Origin: Leucoraja ocellata | Lineage: Eukaryota | Assembly: GCA_036785375.1 (NCBI GenBank) | Contig: JAWMAR010000647.1 | Location: 372,001 to 436,000 of the forward strand | DNA length: 64,000 nt | Direction of reading: 5' to 3' | Part shown: positions 23,765 through 36,732 of the stretch, piece after piece | Position numbering within the stretch: the first letter of the stretch is position 1 | How the letters are laid out: each line of letters starts with the position of its first letter | Notes under the pieces: generated by a model | Databases searched by the model: none | What the model saw: only the letters and a program-made list of their open reading frames with translations | Told to the model about the DNA's origin: nothing | Translations under genes and position numbers: made by a program

Positions 23765-24002
23765 TACTGAGAAGAATCGTGAAGGAGAAATGCTATTTGA
23801 GTGGGTAAATTACCACGGTAACTAAAGGTCAGGAACTAGAAATTAGCTTGATCCCCAACTGTCTACCCCACCAAGTGTCGGGAAATGGACAAATGCCAGA
23901 TTTGGAATTTAGAAACATAGAAACATAGAAAATAGGTGCAGGAGTTGGCCATTGGGCCCTTCGAGCCTGCACCGCCATTCAATATGATCATGGCTGGGGC
24001 TG

Positions 24003-24658
24003 GTGAGTACCCCGGTGGCTGTACACCTTGAAAATAAGTACTCATGTTTGAGTAAGGGTGGGGGAGACATCCAACCTGGGGGCAGCGACAGTGGCCGGGC
24101 CTCTGGCACAAAGACCGGTCCTGTTGCTCAGAAGGGTAAGGAAAAGAAGAGGAGGACAATTGTAATAGGGGACTCTATAGTCAGGGGGTCGGATAGGCGA
24201 TTCTGTGGACGCAGACAGGAGACCCGGATGGTAGTTTGCCTCCCTGGTGCCAGGGTCAGGGATGTGTCTGAACGTGTCCAAGAAATCCTGAAATGGGAGG
24301 GAGAGGAGCCTGAGGTTGTGGTGCATATAGGTACCAACGACACAGGTAAAAAAAGAGAAGAGGTCCTGAAAGAAGAATTTAGGGAGTTAGGTAGAGAGTT
24401 AAGGAGAAGGACTGCAAAGGTAACAATCTCAGGATTACTGCCTGTGCCACGCGACAGTGAGAGTAGGAATGGAGCGAGGTGGAGGATAAATGAGTGGATG
24501 AGGGACTGGTGCAGTGGGTATGGATTCCAGTTTCTGGATCATTGGGATCTCTTTTAGGGAAGGTGCGACCTGTACAGAAAGGAAGGGTTGCACTTGAACT
24601 CGAGGGGGACCAATATCCTGGCGGGGAGATTTGCAAGGGCTACTGGGGAGACTTTAAA
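24003..24658 (+). pseudogene. CR1 ORF1 esterase domain with a premature TAG at 24555
   Basis: GDS and GxND blocks; GLHLN continues in frame after the stop. Confidence 0.8.
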
Positions 24659-25143
24659 CTAGTATGGTTGGGGGGAGGGACTCAAATTGGGAAAGCTAGC
24701 AGTCAGTGTGTGAGGCAGGAGGCAGAGAAGGGTAGCACTCTGACCCAAAATGTAGGGGAGAGAGAAGAAAAAGAAAATAATCAGAGAATAAGAGAGGGTG
24801 GGTTTCTTAAATGTGTACATTTTAATGCTAGGAGCATTGTAAGAAAAGTGGATGAACTTACAGCCTGGATTGACACCTGGAAGTATTATGTTGTGGCGAT
24901 CAGTGAAACATGGTTGCAGGAGGGCTGTGATTGGAAACAAATATTCCAGGATTTTGTTGCTTCAGGTGTGATAGAATTGGTGGGGCAAGAGGTGGAGGTG
25001 TTGTATTGCTTATCAGGGAAGATATTACAGCAGTGCTTAGGCAGGATAGATTAGAGGGCTCGTCTAGGGAGGCTATTTGGGTGGAAGTGAAATGGGAAAG
25101 TGGTAGCAACACTTATAGGGGTGTATTATATGGGGAGTGAGAA

Positions 25144-26175
25144 TTGGAAGAGCAAATATGTAAGGAGATTACAGATATTAGTAGTAAGCACAAGGTAGTG
25201 ATTGTGGGAGATTTCAATTTTCCACACATAGACTGGGAAACACATTCTGTAAATGGGCTGGATGGGTTGGAGTTTGTAAAATGTGTGCAGGACAGTTTTT
25301 TGCAGCAATACATAGAAATACCTACTAGAGAAGGGGCGGTGCTGGACCTCCTGTTAGGAAATGAGACGGGTCAGGTGGCAGAGGTATGCGTTGGGGATCA
25401 GTTCGGGACCAGTGATCACAATACCATTAGTTTCAATACAATTATTGAGAGGGTCAGAACTAGACCTAGGGTTGAGATTTTTGATTGGAGAAAGGCTAAC
25501 TTTGAGGAGATGCGAAAGGATTTAAAAGGAGTAAATTGGGACAGTTTGTTTTATGGGAAAGATGTGGAAGGGAAATGGAGGACATTTAAAGGTGAAATTT
25601 TAAGAGTACAGAATCTATATGTCCCTGTTCGATTGAAAGGAAATAGTAAAAATTGGAAAGAGCCATGGTTTTCAAGGGAAATTGGACACTTGGTTCGGAA
25701 AAAGAGAGAGATCTACAATAATTATAGGCAGCATGGAGTAAATGAGGTGCTTGAGGAGTATAAAGAATGTAAAAAGAATCTTAGGAAAGAAATTAGAAAA
25801 GCTAAAAGAAGATATGAGGTTGCTTTGGCAAGTAAGGTGAAAGTAAATCCAAAGGGTTTCTACAGCTATATTAATAGCAAAAGGATAACGAGGGATAAAA
25901 TTGGTCCATTAGAGAGTCAGAGTGGACAGCTATCTGCAGAGCCAAAAGAGATGGGGGAGATATTGAACAATTTATTTTCTTCAGTATTCACCAAGGAGAA
26001 GGATATTGAATTATGTGAGGTAAGGGAAACAAGTAGAGTAGCTATGGAAACTATGAGATTCAAAGAAGAGGAAGTACTGACACTTTTGAGAAATATAAAA
26101 GTGGATAAGTCTCCAGGTCCGGACAGGATATTCCCTAGGACATTGAGGGAAGTTAGTGTAGAAATAGCAGGGGCA
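25144..26175 (+). pseudogene. CR1 ORF2 fragment (APE endonuclease C-part and linker)
   Basis: GDFN, SDH, PWFS, FSSVFT and KSPGPD motifs. Confidence 0.88.
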
Positions 26176-28206
26176 ATTTCCTCGCACACTCCAAAGACAT
26201 GCTGGCTTGTAGGTTAATTAGCTTCTGTTAATAACCCCTTGTGTGTAGGGTGCAAAACTGGATTAACATAGAACTAGTGTATGAGAAATCGAAGGTTGGC
26301 ATAGAGTGAAGGGCCTGTCTCTGAGTTGTATCTCTAAACTAAACTAAACTAGTAGATTCTCAACTTTCTTTCTAAGATACCTGCAGCACCTCATGATTTG
26401 CATTGGAATAACAATTAATACAGCAGAAAGCGTAGATGTGTATTGCAAAAGTAGAAATGAAATTGGAAGTGAGATTAGGAAAATAAAGAAAATAAATAAG
26501 CAATGCTGTTGTGTAATAGCAAAGAAAATCCAAAGATGTTTTAGAAGTAAAAAAAAAAGGGGTTACTAAGGAATGAGTAGGGCCTCTTGAGGACCCAGGA
26601 CATTCAAGGAACTGCAGATTTTGGTTTACAAAAAAGACACAAATTGCTGGAGTGACTCAGCAATTCAGGCAGCATCTCTGGAAAACTTGGATAGGTGACG
26701 TTTCAGGTCGGGACCCTTCTAAGACGCGTAAACCACCTGTTGAACCTGATGTGAAAGGTTCCTATTGCAAATCTTGCAGTTATCTTCACAAAAAGGGAAT
26801 AGTGCCAGTGCTGTCGTTAAAGGGGAAAGTGTGAAATGCTAGCCAGATTAGACATAGTAAAGGGAAAACATTGACGGGTTTATTTAGCATGTTTTACAAT
26901 GGATAAATTGCCAGGCCCAGATGAAATATTCCTGGTTGTTAAAACAAATGAGAAAAAAAATGGTGCTCCTATATTTTTACAATTTGCCTGGCAATTGGAG
27001 AGGTGCCAGCAAATTTGAGGTCTATTAATATTTTATTGATGTAAAAGAAAAGAGGAAAAGATGAATTGGTAGGGACCGTATAAACCTTCTTCTAGAAAGG
27101 CACAGATTAATCAGCGACTAGTTAATACATGATGAGTCTTGAAGCACATGGCCAGGATGTAGTGGGATAACCCTGTTTTGTTGTATGTTGCTTCTGTTGC
27201 TCAGGGTGGATGTTGTCAGATACGACGGCACCTTTCTTCACAGTTATTCCAAGTTCTTTGCAATTGGATTGGATTGGTCCCTGGTCATAAAGTCATGGGC
27301 TGGATCGCACAGAAAAAGCTTCATCAGCCCACCATGTTCATGTCTTTTACCCATCCCATTAGCCTGCACTAGCTCAGTCTCTTCTGTGCCTTGCCTATTC
27401 AAGTGCTTGGCCAAATGCCTCTTAAATGTAAAATTATATATTTGATTCCATCATCTGGCAATGAGTTTTACAGTAGATATCAAACACACAAATCTTGCCC
27501 CTTATGTTTACATCCAAGGCGTCAATGTGCAAGAATCACAAGGGTCCTGGCATCATCCCTGTGATACAACGTTGGTCACAGATAGCTGTGGTAAAGATAT
27601 GTTCGGCAGTGAGACTACATATTGTGATCGAATACAATGTTGTTGTTACTGCTATTGTGTCAATGTCCAGTACATAGTAACAATAGCAAAAGTGTATTTC
27701 ATTAAACTATATTTTCTGTCAGGCTGGTGTATTTTTACCAGCTTTAGGTTTTTACAAATTAGCCTTATTTAGGTCCTAGATTTAATCCCCATTATACCAT
27801 GGAAGATGTCAACTATAATGAAGGCTGGACCTTGCGTTCACTTCTACCAATGCTGCCATGGGCAGGTGCATATACACAGGTAGCTCGGCAAGGACGATAT
27901 TGATTTCGTCGTGACTGTGTGCGGACCCAGATCCTCCTGAGCAATCTTAACAGTTTGGGCAATAGTTGTGCCACTCAGCAATCACTGTTATGGGCAATGA
28001 AATCTCCCACCTTTTGTACAATCTGCTTCTAAATATGTTCAGCAAGGGAAAATACTGATACGTCAGCTGTAAGTAGGTAATAGTGATAACAGCAGGAGTT
28101 CTTTGTGTTCAAGAAGGAGCTGCAGATGCTGGAAGATCGAAGGTACACAAAATTGCTGGAGAAACTCAGCGGGTGCAGCAGCATCTATGAAGCGAAGAAA
28201 ATAGGC

Positions 28207-28234
28207 GACGTTTCGGGCCGAAACCCTTCTTCAG
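28207..28234 (-). ncRNA. Predicted minimal type I hammerhead core (unit 1)
   Basis: CUGAAGA, stem II GGG/CCC, GAAA, palindromic ACGU stem III, GUC triplet. Stem I is only about 2 bp. Confidence 0.55.
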
Positions 28235-28302
28235 ACTGATCCACAAAATTGCTGGAGAAACTCAGCGGGTGCAGCAGCATCTATGGAGCGAAGAAAATAG
28301 GC

Positions 28303-28330
28303 GACGTTTCGGGCCGAAACCCTTCTTCAG
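28303..28330 (-). ncRNA. Predicted minimal type I hammerhead core (unit 2)
   Basis: Identical core 96 nt from unit 1. Confidence 0.55.
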
Positions 28331-29207
28331 ACTGATCGAAGTTCTTTGTTTTTGTTTGAAAGGAGTTCTTTGTTTTTGTTTGACCTAATGCCTTGAGACT
28401 TTGAAGTCTGAAGCAAACTGAGAACTCACGTTGCTACAATCTTACAACTATTTTTTACCACCTCTGGTGGGCCTGTTCCTCTCATGGGGCAGGATGATAA
28501 TCACGGATAGAGATAAATGAGTCTCAGATGTTAACTGAAAGATAAAATCAACCAGTTGTGGGTGAATACACTATTCTGTCACAAACAGTTAGTGAAGAAA
28601 ACATTGTAGAATTGACTGGGATAAACTATTGTAACTGGCGACAACTATGTTAATACTTGACAAATGCAGTTTAGTTTATTATCACATGTACTGTGGTACG
28701 GTGAAAAGTTTTTGTTATGTGCTATCCAGGCAGCAGAAAGATAATACATGATTACAATCGAACCATTTACAGTGTAAAGATACATAAGGGAATAACGTTT
28801 GGTGCTGGGTAAAGCCAGCAAAGTCCGATCAAGGATAGTCTGAGGGTCACCAAAGATAGTAGTTTAGCACTGGTAGGATGATTCAGTTGCAAGTTACAAA
28901 AAATGATTGCTTTTCTCTTAATGCTTTTTGCTGCATTTTCTGAGCTGATTTGCATGTACGTTATGTTTTCCAGCTTATGTACTTGTGCTAGGAATATCTG
29001 GTTCACTAATGAACAATATATCCCTTTTAACAGTGAACAGATAAATAGAGCGGTGACTTGTTTTACATCCTGACATCTTTGATAATTTTGAGTTGATCAG
29101 TAAAAATTATTATCAAACATTGCAATAACTGAATGTTATGTAAGAATTTTAAAGCAGATTTTGACTATAATAAATAATAACGGATGTTTTTTTGCTCTTC
29201 CCAAAAG

Positions 29208-29345
29208 GTGACACTGAATTTAAGACCCATTTTCTCCATTGACATCCATCAAAAGCCTTTGGTATTTGTGCTGAATTCCCCAAGACCTGTGGTTTGGATT
29301 ATAAAGGCAAAGCAATTGGCACCAGGAGTACAACGTTTGTTCCAT
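29208..29345 (+). CDS. TGFBR3: TGF-beta receptor type 3 (betaglycan) internal exon, 138 nt, phase 0/0
   Basis: Acceptor ttgctcttcccaaaAG, donor GTAAGT. Translates VTLNLRPIFSIDIHQKPLVFVLNSPRPVVWIIKAKQLAPGVQRLFH, matching betaglycan VTLHLNPISSVHIHHKSVVFLLNSPHPLVWHLK...GVSRLF (recalled). Could be a paralogue. Confidence 0.9.
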
Positions 29346-31444
29346 GTAAGTTGAATTAATTGAGTAATTTAGTCGGCACATCAGTGTAAACATGTTTCAG
29401 GAAGAAAACACGCTAGTGTAATACAGGAGAGTTAATTAAAAACATGTTAATACTTTCATTATTTTTGAACATTCTTTTAAAGAAATGGGGACCTTAATTT
29501 AGAGTAGCCATACATTTTTTTTGTGTGGTTAAGGAAATATTTTTTGACTGTTGTTCAGATCAGCTTTTTTAGCAGGTGTGATGGTAGGGGCTTGCCCATC
29601 GTGATCTGTCATCTTTGGGCAGTTTGACTGATTTTTAAGTTCTTTCCAATGCAAAATTCCAAACTATTGATCGAAACAAAAAGTAAATTGTCCCTGTTGT
29701 TTTTCAAATAGTAGTGTAGACAAAGTTGGCTTCCCACATTTCTTTATCCCTCCGCAAGGTTGTTTGAATTTTACCTGCTATAATATTTTTTATTTATTTG
29801 ACTATTAACTTTAAACTATTTCAAAAACCTCAAAAATATAAGCCCAAGGTGTAGCTTAGTTCAGTAATAATAATGCTTCTCCTTGAACAAGTAAAATATA
29901 CTTGAGAGAATCCAATCCTTCACCCTATTATTTATTGATCTCAAGGCTAGGTCCAAGATTTTCTGATGTTCAAAACAGAATTAATAGATCTTCAGGGAAG
30001 ACAGTTTCGATTCATGGATGTTTTTGGATAGTATACTTGTGAGGCATGCTTTGGAGAGTGAGCATCTGCCATTGGATTCTGGAGCCAATACAGATTAATA
30101 CACTATATTGCCAGGTGCAAGATTTTAAAATGATAAAGTTTTAGAGACAAAATTATTGACCCACCTGAATTATTAAAATTTAAAGTTAAAAATATGTAGT
30201 TAATGAAAAATAAAAACCCAATTTATATATCACCTTATTACTCGGAATGTTTAAACACAATTCATATCTACAAAGGTGCTTTGAAATGTGCTTTCTGTGC
30301 GTGCAAATTTTTATTTTGCAAACAAAGATTTCGATCATTTTTTCTTTTGCAAACAAAGATGTAATGAGATAACATTTGAGTAGTCAATCTGTTTTTTGGT
30401 GTTCAAGAGAAAAGCATTATTGAAGTGATAAGTAGATCACTTTTTTAAAAATAGTCGTTTTAGGATCTGTAATGTCTGCGCAAAATTGGTACAGCACAAA
30501 GTATATGTCTAGACGATGTCCACAACCAAGACTGGAAAATGCAACTTTATGACTTCAAGAAACAAAAATGCTACCAACTTAGCCAAATTGAGTAGGTGCA
30601 CTTCCAGATGTTTGTGAGACTATAATAAACTTCATTCTCTGCCTCGCAGTGATAGATGCTGAAATTGGACGCCAAAAGTAGAAAAAGTGACCTTTCGTTA
30701 TTCAGCCTCACTTTATGGAGAGATAAACAAATATAGCAGATCTATGTTCAAGTGAGCAGCTTCAACTAAGTACATTTTAAATGGCATCAGTACTGAAAGG
30801 ACATAAGTTTTCTCGATTTGACATTGAATTGCAGACATTTGACTTTCATGTGTTGGTAAGTAGTTATATGGAGATCAAGAAGGAAAAGAGTTCACAAATA
30901 AAAATAAGACCACTATTTTGCATTAAATGCTTTGCATTGTCTACATTATAAAATAAATTCAGTTGATAAGGAACATTTTTAACATTATTCCGAGGTTCTC
31001 AGATGACATACATGGACATTCACACATATTTTACTTTTATCAGTTTGCTAATTTTGCAACCATGCATCAGAGCAATAATCTCATGCATGCATGCACATGC
31101 ACACACATATCTCTGCATGCAAGCAATTAGAATCAGGTGCAGGTTAATTTATTCAACAACTAAATGTCTATATTCTTTGTATGTGGATTTAATTTGATTA
31201 AACCAATGTTGGAAACGTTTCTATTGATGCAAAATTGTACGCACAAGAGAAGGGTTCTCGGAAAGGAAGGTTAAGGCAGACACATTGCCCACAATCTTTT
31301 GGGCAGTTTGCCCAAAGGACTGGTGTGGAATCACAGAAGTAAAAGACTGGTTCTTTTAGCTGCGCTCATGTAAGAGCCACAAAGTAAGGTTCCAGACAGT
31401 GACCATGTTATTCCAGTGCAGGATATCTGCCTTCATTTCCAGTC

Positions 31445-31745
31445 TTTAGACTTTTTAGGCTTTAGAGAGAGAGAGCGCAGGAATACCACCAAGTACGCGC
31501 CGATTAACGATCCCCGTGCACTAGCACTATCCTACACACTAGGGACAATTTACAATTTTACCGAAACCAATTAACCTACAAACATGCACATCTTTGGAGT
31601 GAGGGAGGAAACTGGAGCACCCAAAGAAAGCCCACATGGTCACTGGGAGAATGTACAAGCTTCGTACAAACAGCACGTGTAGTCAAGATCCAACCCAGGT
31701 CTCTGGTGCTGTAAGGCGTCAACTGTATGGCTGTGTCACTGTAGT
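31445..31745 (-). mobile_element. tRNA-derived V-SINE
   Basis: Reverse complement of the SINE consensus seen at 8211 and 15787. Confidence 0.8.
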
Positions 31746-32445
31746 GCTCGTTTTAGCCCTTCTTTAGATTTCTTTAAAGTGAGATGATGCACACCTGAAC
31801 CCGATGGACTGTATCTCTACCCTTTCCAGACAACAGCAGATGGGAACATGCAGAGAGCAGCCAGTAAAACTATGTAATAGACTATGTTTTCAGACTTTTG
31901 AGCCTTTCAATAAACATGGAAAATTTCCAAATAGAACCTTTCTCACTACATCAACTCAATAAGAGTCGTGATCCAGACAGTTCCAGAATTAGACTCCTCG
32001 CCAACTAGTTACTTGGCATTCAAAAAACAGATGGCATCTTTGCTGTCATTTTTGTAGAAGTACTGGAAAACTTCTTGGATATTGGGTTGATGTGGCATTT
32101 ATGACTATCCTTTCCTTTCCTTGTAAATAACTACCTTATACCTAACCTCTCCAAGAAACCTGAAAAATAGTTTACTAAGCTACCCGTCCCAATATCAGTA
32201 GTTATTGATCAAAATTTCTGTTAAGATCATCCAAGAATGCAATACAACAAGTACTGCCTCTTCTGTGTCTTCCTTGATATCCATCTGATCATATAGAATA
32301 GGTATCTTGTTTGATGCAAAGGGTGCTGAATGTGTGGAATAGTCACTCCCTCTAAACCTTTCCGAACTGACCACATGTCCCAATGTCTTTTAAATGTTGT
32401 TATAGTACTTATCTCAACCACTTCCTCTGGCAGCGTGTTCCATAT

Positions 32446-35305
32446 ACCATATAACCATATAACAATTACAGCACGGAAACAGGCCATCTCGACCCTTCTA
32501 GTCCGTGCCGAACACGTATTCTCCCCTAGTCCCATATACCTGCACTCAGACCATAACCCTCCATTCCTTTCCCGTCCATATAACTATCCAATTTATTTTT
32601 AAATGATAAAAACGAACCTGCCTCCACCACCGTCACTGGAAGCTCATACCACTCTCTGAGTAAAGAAGTTCCCCCTCATGTTACCCCTAAACTTCTGTCC
32701 CCTTAATTCTCATGTCATGTCCTCTTGTTTGAATCTTCCCTACTCTCAATGGGAAAAGCTTATCCACATCAACTCTGTCTATCCCTCTCATCATTTTAAA
32801 GACCTCTATCAAGTCCCCCCTTAACCTTCTGCGCTCCAAAGAATAAAGCCCTAACTTGTTCAACCTTTCTCTGTAACTTAGTTGCTGAAACCCAGGCAAC
32901 ATTCTAGTAAATCTCCTCTGTACTCTCTCTATTTTGTTGACATCCTTCCTATAATTAGGCAACCAAAATTGTACACCATACTCCAGAATTGGCCTCACCA
33001 ATGCCTTGTACAATTTTAACATTACATCCCAACTTCAATACTCAATGCTCTGATTTATAAAGGCCAGCGCACCAAAAGCTTTCTTTACCACCCTATCTAC
33101 ATGAGATTCCACTTTCAGGGAACTGTGCACAGTTATTCCCAGATCCCTCTGTTCACCTACATTCTTCAATTCCCTACCATTTACCATGTACGTCCTATTT
33201 TGATTTGTCCTGCCAAGATGTAGCACCTCACACTTATCAGCATTAAACTCCACCTGCCATCTTTCAGCCCACTCTTCCAACTGGCATAAATCTCTCTGTA
33301 GACTTTGAAAATCTACTTCATTATCCACAACCCCACCTATCTTAGTATCATCTGCATACTTACTAATCCAATTTACCACACCATCATCCAGATCATTGAT
33401 GTACATGACAAACAACAGTGGACCCAACACAGATCCCTGTGGCACCCCACTAGTCACTGGCCTCCAACCTGACAAACAACCATTCACCATTACTCTCTGG
33501 CATCTCCCATTCAGCCACTGTTGAATCCATCTTGCTACTCCACCATTAATACCCAACCATTGAACCTTCTTAACCAACCTTCCATGAGGAACCTTGTCAA
33601 AGGCCTTACTGAAGTCCATATATACAACATTCACTGCTTTACCCTCATCAATTTCCCGAGTAACCTCTTCAAAAAATTCAAGAAGATTAGTCAAACATGA
33701 CCTTCCAGGCACAAATCCATGTTGACTGTTCCTAATCAGACCCTGTTTATCCAGATGCTTATATATATGATCTCTAAGTAGCCTTTCCATTAATTTTCCC
33801 ACCACTGACGTCAAACTAACAGGTCTATAATTGCTAGGTTTACTCTTAGACCCCTTTTTAAACAACATGCGCAGTACGCCATTCCTCCGGTACTATTCCC
33901 GTTTCTAATGACATTTGAAATATTTCTGTCATAGCCCCTGCTATTTCTACACTAACTTCCCTCAATGTCCTAGGGAATATCCTGTCCGGACCTGGAGACT
34001 TATCCACTTTTATATTTCTCAAAAGTGTCAGTACTTCCTCTTCTTTGAATCTCATAGTTTCCATAGCTACTCTACTTGTTTCCCTTACCTCACATAATTC
34101 AATATCCTTCTCCTTGGTGAATACCGAAGAAAAGAAATTGTTCAATATCTCCCCCATCTCTTTTGGCTCTGCAGATAGCTGTCCACTCTGACTCTCTAAT
34201 GGACCAATTTTATCCCTCGTTATCCTTTTGCTATTAATATAGCTGTAGAAACCCTTTGGATTTACTTTCACCTTACTTGCCAAAGCAACCTCATATCTTC
34301 TTTTAGCTTTTCTAATTTCTTTCTTAAGATTCTTTTTACATTCTTTATACTCCTCAAGCACCTCATTTACTCCATGCTGCCTATAATTATTGTAGATCTC
34401 CCTCTTTTTCTGAACCGTGTCCAATTTCCCTTGAAAACCATGGCTCTTTCCAATTTCTATTATTTCCTTTCAACCGAACAGGGACATAAAGATTCTGTAC
34501 TCCTTTAAATTTCACCTTTAAATGTACTCCATTTCTCTTCCACATCTTTCCCATAAAACAAACTGTCCCAATTTACTCCTTTTAAATCCTTTCGCATCTC
34601 CTCAAAGTTAGCCTTTCTCCAATCAAAAATCTCAACCCTAGGTCCAGTTCTGACCCTCTCCATAATTATATCGAAACTAATGGTATTGTGATCACTGGTC
34701 CCGAACTGTTCCCCAACGCATACCTCTACCACCTGACCCGTCTCATTTCCTAACAGGAGGTCCAGCACCGCCCCTTCTCCAGTAGGTACTTCTATGTATT
34801 GTTGCAAAAAACTATCCTGCACACATTTTACAAACTCCAACCCATCCAGCCCATTTACAGAATGTGTTTCCCAGTCTATGTGTGGAAAATTGAAATCTCC
34901 CACAATCACTACCTTGTGCTTACTACTAATATCTGCAATCTCCTTACATATTTGCTCTTCCAATTCTCGCTCCCCATTTGGCGGTCTATAATACACCTCT
35001 ATAAGTGTTGCTACCCCTTTCTCATTTCTCAGTTCCACCCAAATAGCCTCCCTAGACGAGCCCTCTAATCTATCCTGCCAAAGCACTGCTGTAATATCTT
35101 CCCTGATAAGCAATGCAACACCTCCACCTCTTGCCCCACCAATTCTATCACAACTGAAGCAACGAAATCCGGGAATATTTAGTTTCCAATCACAGCCCTC
35201 CTGTAACCATGTTTCACTGATCGCCACAACATCATACTTCCAGGTGTCAATCCAGGCTCTAAGTTCATCCACCTTTCTTACAATGCTCCTAGCATTAAAA
35301 TATAC
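32446..35305 (-). mobile_element. Young CR1 LINE, nearly complete but frameshifted ORF2 (endonuclease and RT) plus 3' UTR, nested in an older CR1 tail
   Basis: ORFs 34505-35365, 33858-34424, 33035-33868 (YRPVSL, QHGF, DFSKAFD, GVPQGSVLGP, YADD) and 32687-33022; ataaccat tail. Confidence 0.95.
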
Positions 35306-36519
35306 ACCATCTTCTTCATGAAAAAGCAGCCCCGTTGGATTCCTTTTAAATCTTTCCCCAATCATTCAGGTCTCAAAATGTAAGACCACTCAGTCAAGAG
35401 TCAAGAGCTGATTGAATCATATTTTTGCAGCCATGCACTTTTCTGTGCTGCTTCTGTACCCTTCATTGTATAATACATTGTTTTCAGCTTCTGCTTTTTG
35501 TCTGCAATACTTCAAAAATATTATCTATAATCATGGGTGATTTCTAACTTGACACCATCACCTACTTTCTACTGTTTTACTGTTTGTTTTCTGGAAGTGC
35601 AATCAGTTGTTGTGGTTTTATATTATACATAACAAATTGACGCTGTGATGAGCTGATACACCTTGCAGTTAAATGTTATTGAGGCTGCGTTGCTCAGCTT
35701 TCGGCATTATCTTGACGATGATTTTTATCAATTTGCCTGCTCCCACTCGGGCTGAACTTGCCTTGCTTATAATGTGTACTTAACACTGTCAAGGTTAATG
35801 CATGAAGAATAACCATTTGGATTGGCACCATGAAACTGTCAAAGAAGAACATCAATGGAAAGGACAGAAAATATTAAGCACATTTTAAAAAATCTGTTTG
35901 ATGTGACAATTTGAGAGACGGATTATAGAAGTATTTCCTTTTGAAAAATTGTGAATTAACATATCAACAGAGGTTATTACTTACTCTTTGATTCTCCCCT
36001 TTTGATTGAAATTTGCACTACTAGGTTAGGAACCCAAGCATATTGTGATTGATGACATTTAACACAAAATGAATCCAGAAGTATCTTAATTCACATACTG
36101 ATGCCATTGCAGCAATGTCCTTAATAATTGGTACACACATTGGACAACAGACACAATATGAAAACTTAGCAATATACATTTTAGTACAATTTCAAGTTGG
36201 AAATGAAATTGAATTAATATTAAGGATCAGTGATTTGTTTTTGCAACAACTTTCCAATGTAATACTTGCATTTTAAAAAGAAATATCCGCAGTTTTGAAA
36301 ATAAAATCATTCTCTGGGGCCAAGATCAAGAGCAACATTTATTGTTGATTCTTAATTGGACTTGAAGAGGTGACGCTTTGCTTCAGTTCAACTAGCGTAG
36401 GTAATAATCAGTGCGGTGAGTCTGTGTCAATTGAAGAACAATGACTTTCTGCTCAAGCGAGGACAGTGCATGACAAGTATACCATGCCAACTATTTGCCT
36501 AGCAAACCGCTTCCCACCC

Positions 36520-36732
36520 CTCACTTATGCCGACCTATTAGCTGCCACGCTTTCTCCTGCCTCTCCCCTTTCCAGCTTTCTTCTTTACCCTCTACAATCA
36601 GTCTGAAGAAGGGTCTCGACCTGAAACAATACCAATCCGTGTTCTCCATAGATGCTACCTGACCTGCTGAGTTACTCCAGCACTTTGCATCCTTTTGTGT
36701 ATTAACCAGCACCTGCAGTTCTTTGTTTCTAC
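36520..36732 (+). mobile_element. Longer, older Penelope-LTR-like copy with a degenerate hammerhead core
   Basis: caatcagtCTGAAGAagggtctcgacctGAAAc...gatgctacctgacctgctgagttactccagc. Further degenerate copies at about 5322, 7190, 16700, 26605, 38180, 39697, 43790, 47985, 50060 and 58980. Confidence 0.6.

Larger units (their letters stand above)
23997..26175 (+). mobile_element. CR1 LINE 5' portion: ORF1 (SGNH/GDSL esterase) plus ORF2 endonuclease and linker, 3'-truncated
   Basis: ORF1 motifs VIGDSIVR and VHIGTND. Endonuclease motifs FNARSI, AISETWL, VGDFNFP, LDLLL and SDHN. Ends at EIAGA before the RT domain; contains frameshifts. Confidence 0.93.
28107..28337 (-). mobile_element. Penelope-LTR-like short repeat with two tandem 96-nt units, each carrying a minimal hammerhead core
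   Basis: Units 28146-28241 and 28242-28337. The minus strand of each reads CTGAAGA-AGGGTTTCGGCCC-GAAACGTC. Flank aggagttctttgt (28094-28106) recurs after the element. Confidence 0.7.

Noticed and set aside
27637-27879. Possible upstream TGFBR3 exons: an MLLLLLLCQC signal-like peptide at 27637 and an AG/GT-bounded phase 1/0 segment at 27773-27879
   Set aside because: No similarity to the betaglycan N-terminus (no C...HPV...GCAS motif) and weak donor sites; needs RNA evidence.
28146-28337. Direct repeats superficially like a CRISPR array
   Set aside because: Eukaryotic context, no unique spacers and no cas genes; it is a tandem of a dispersed repeat.
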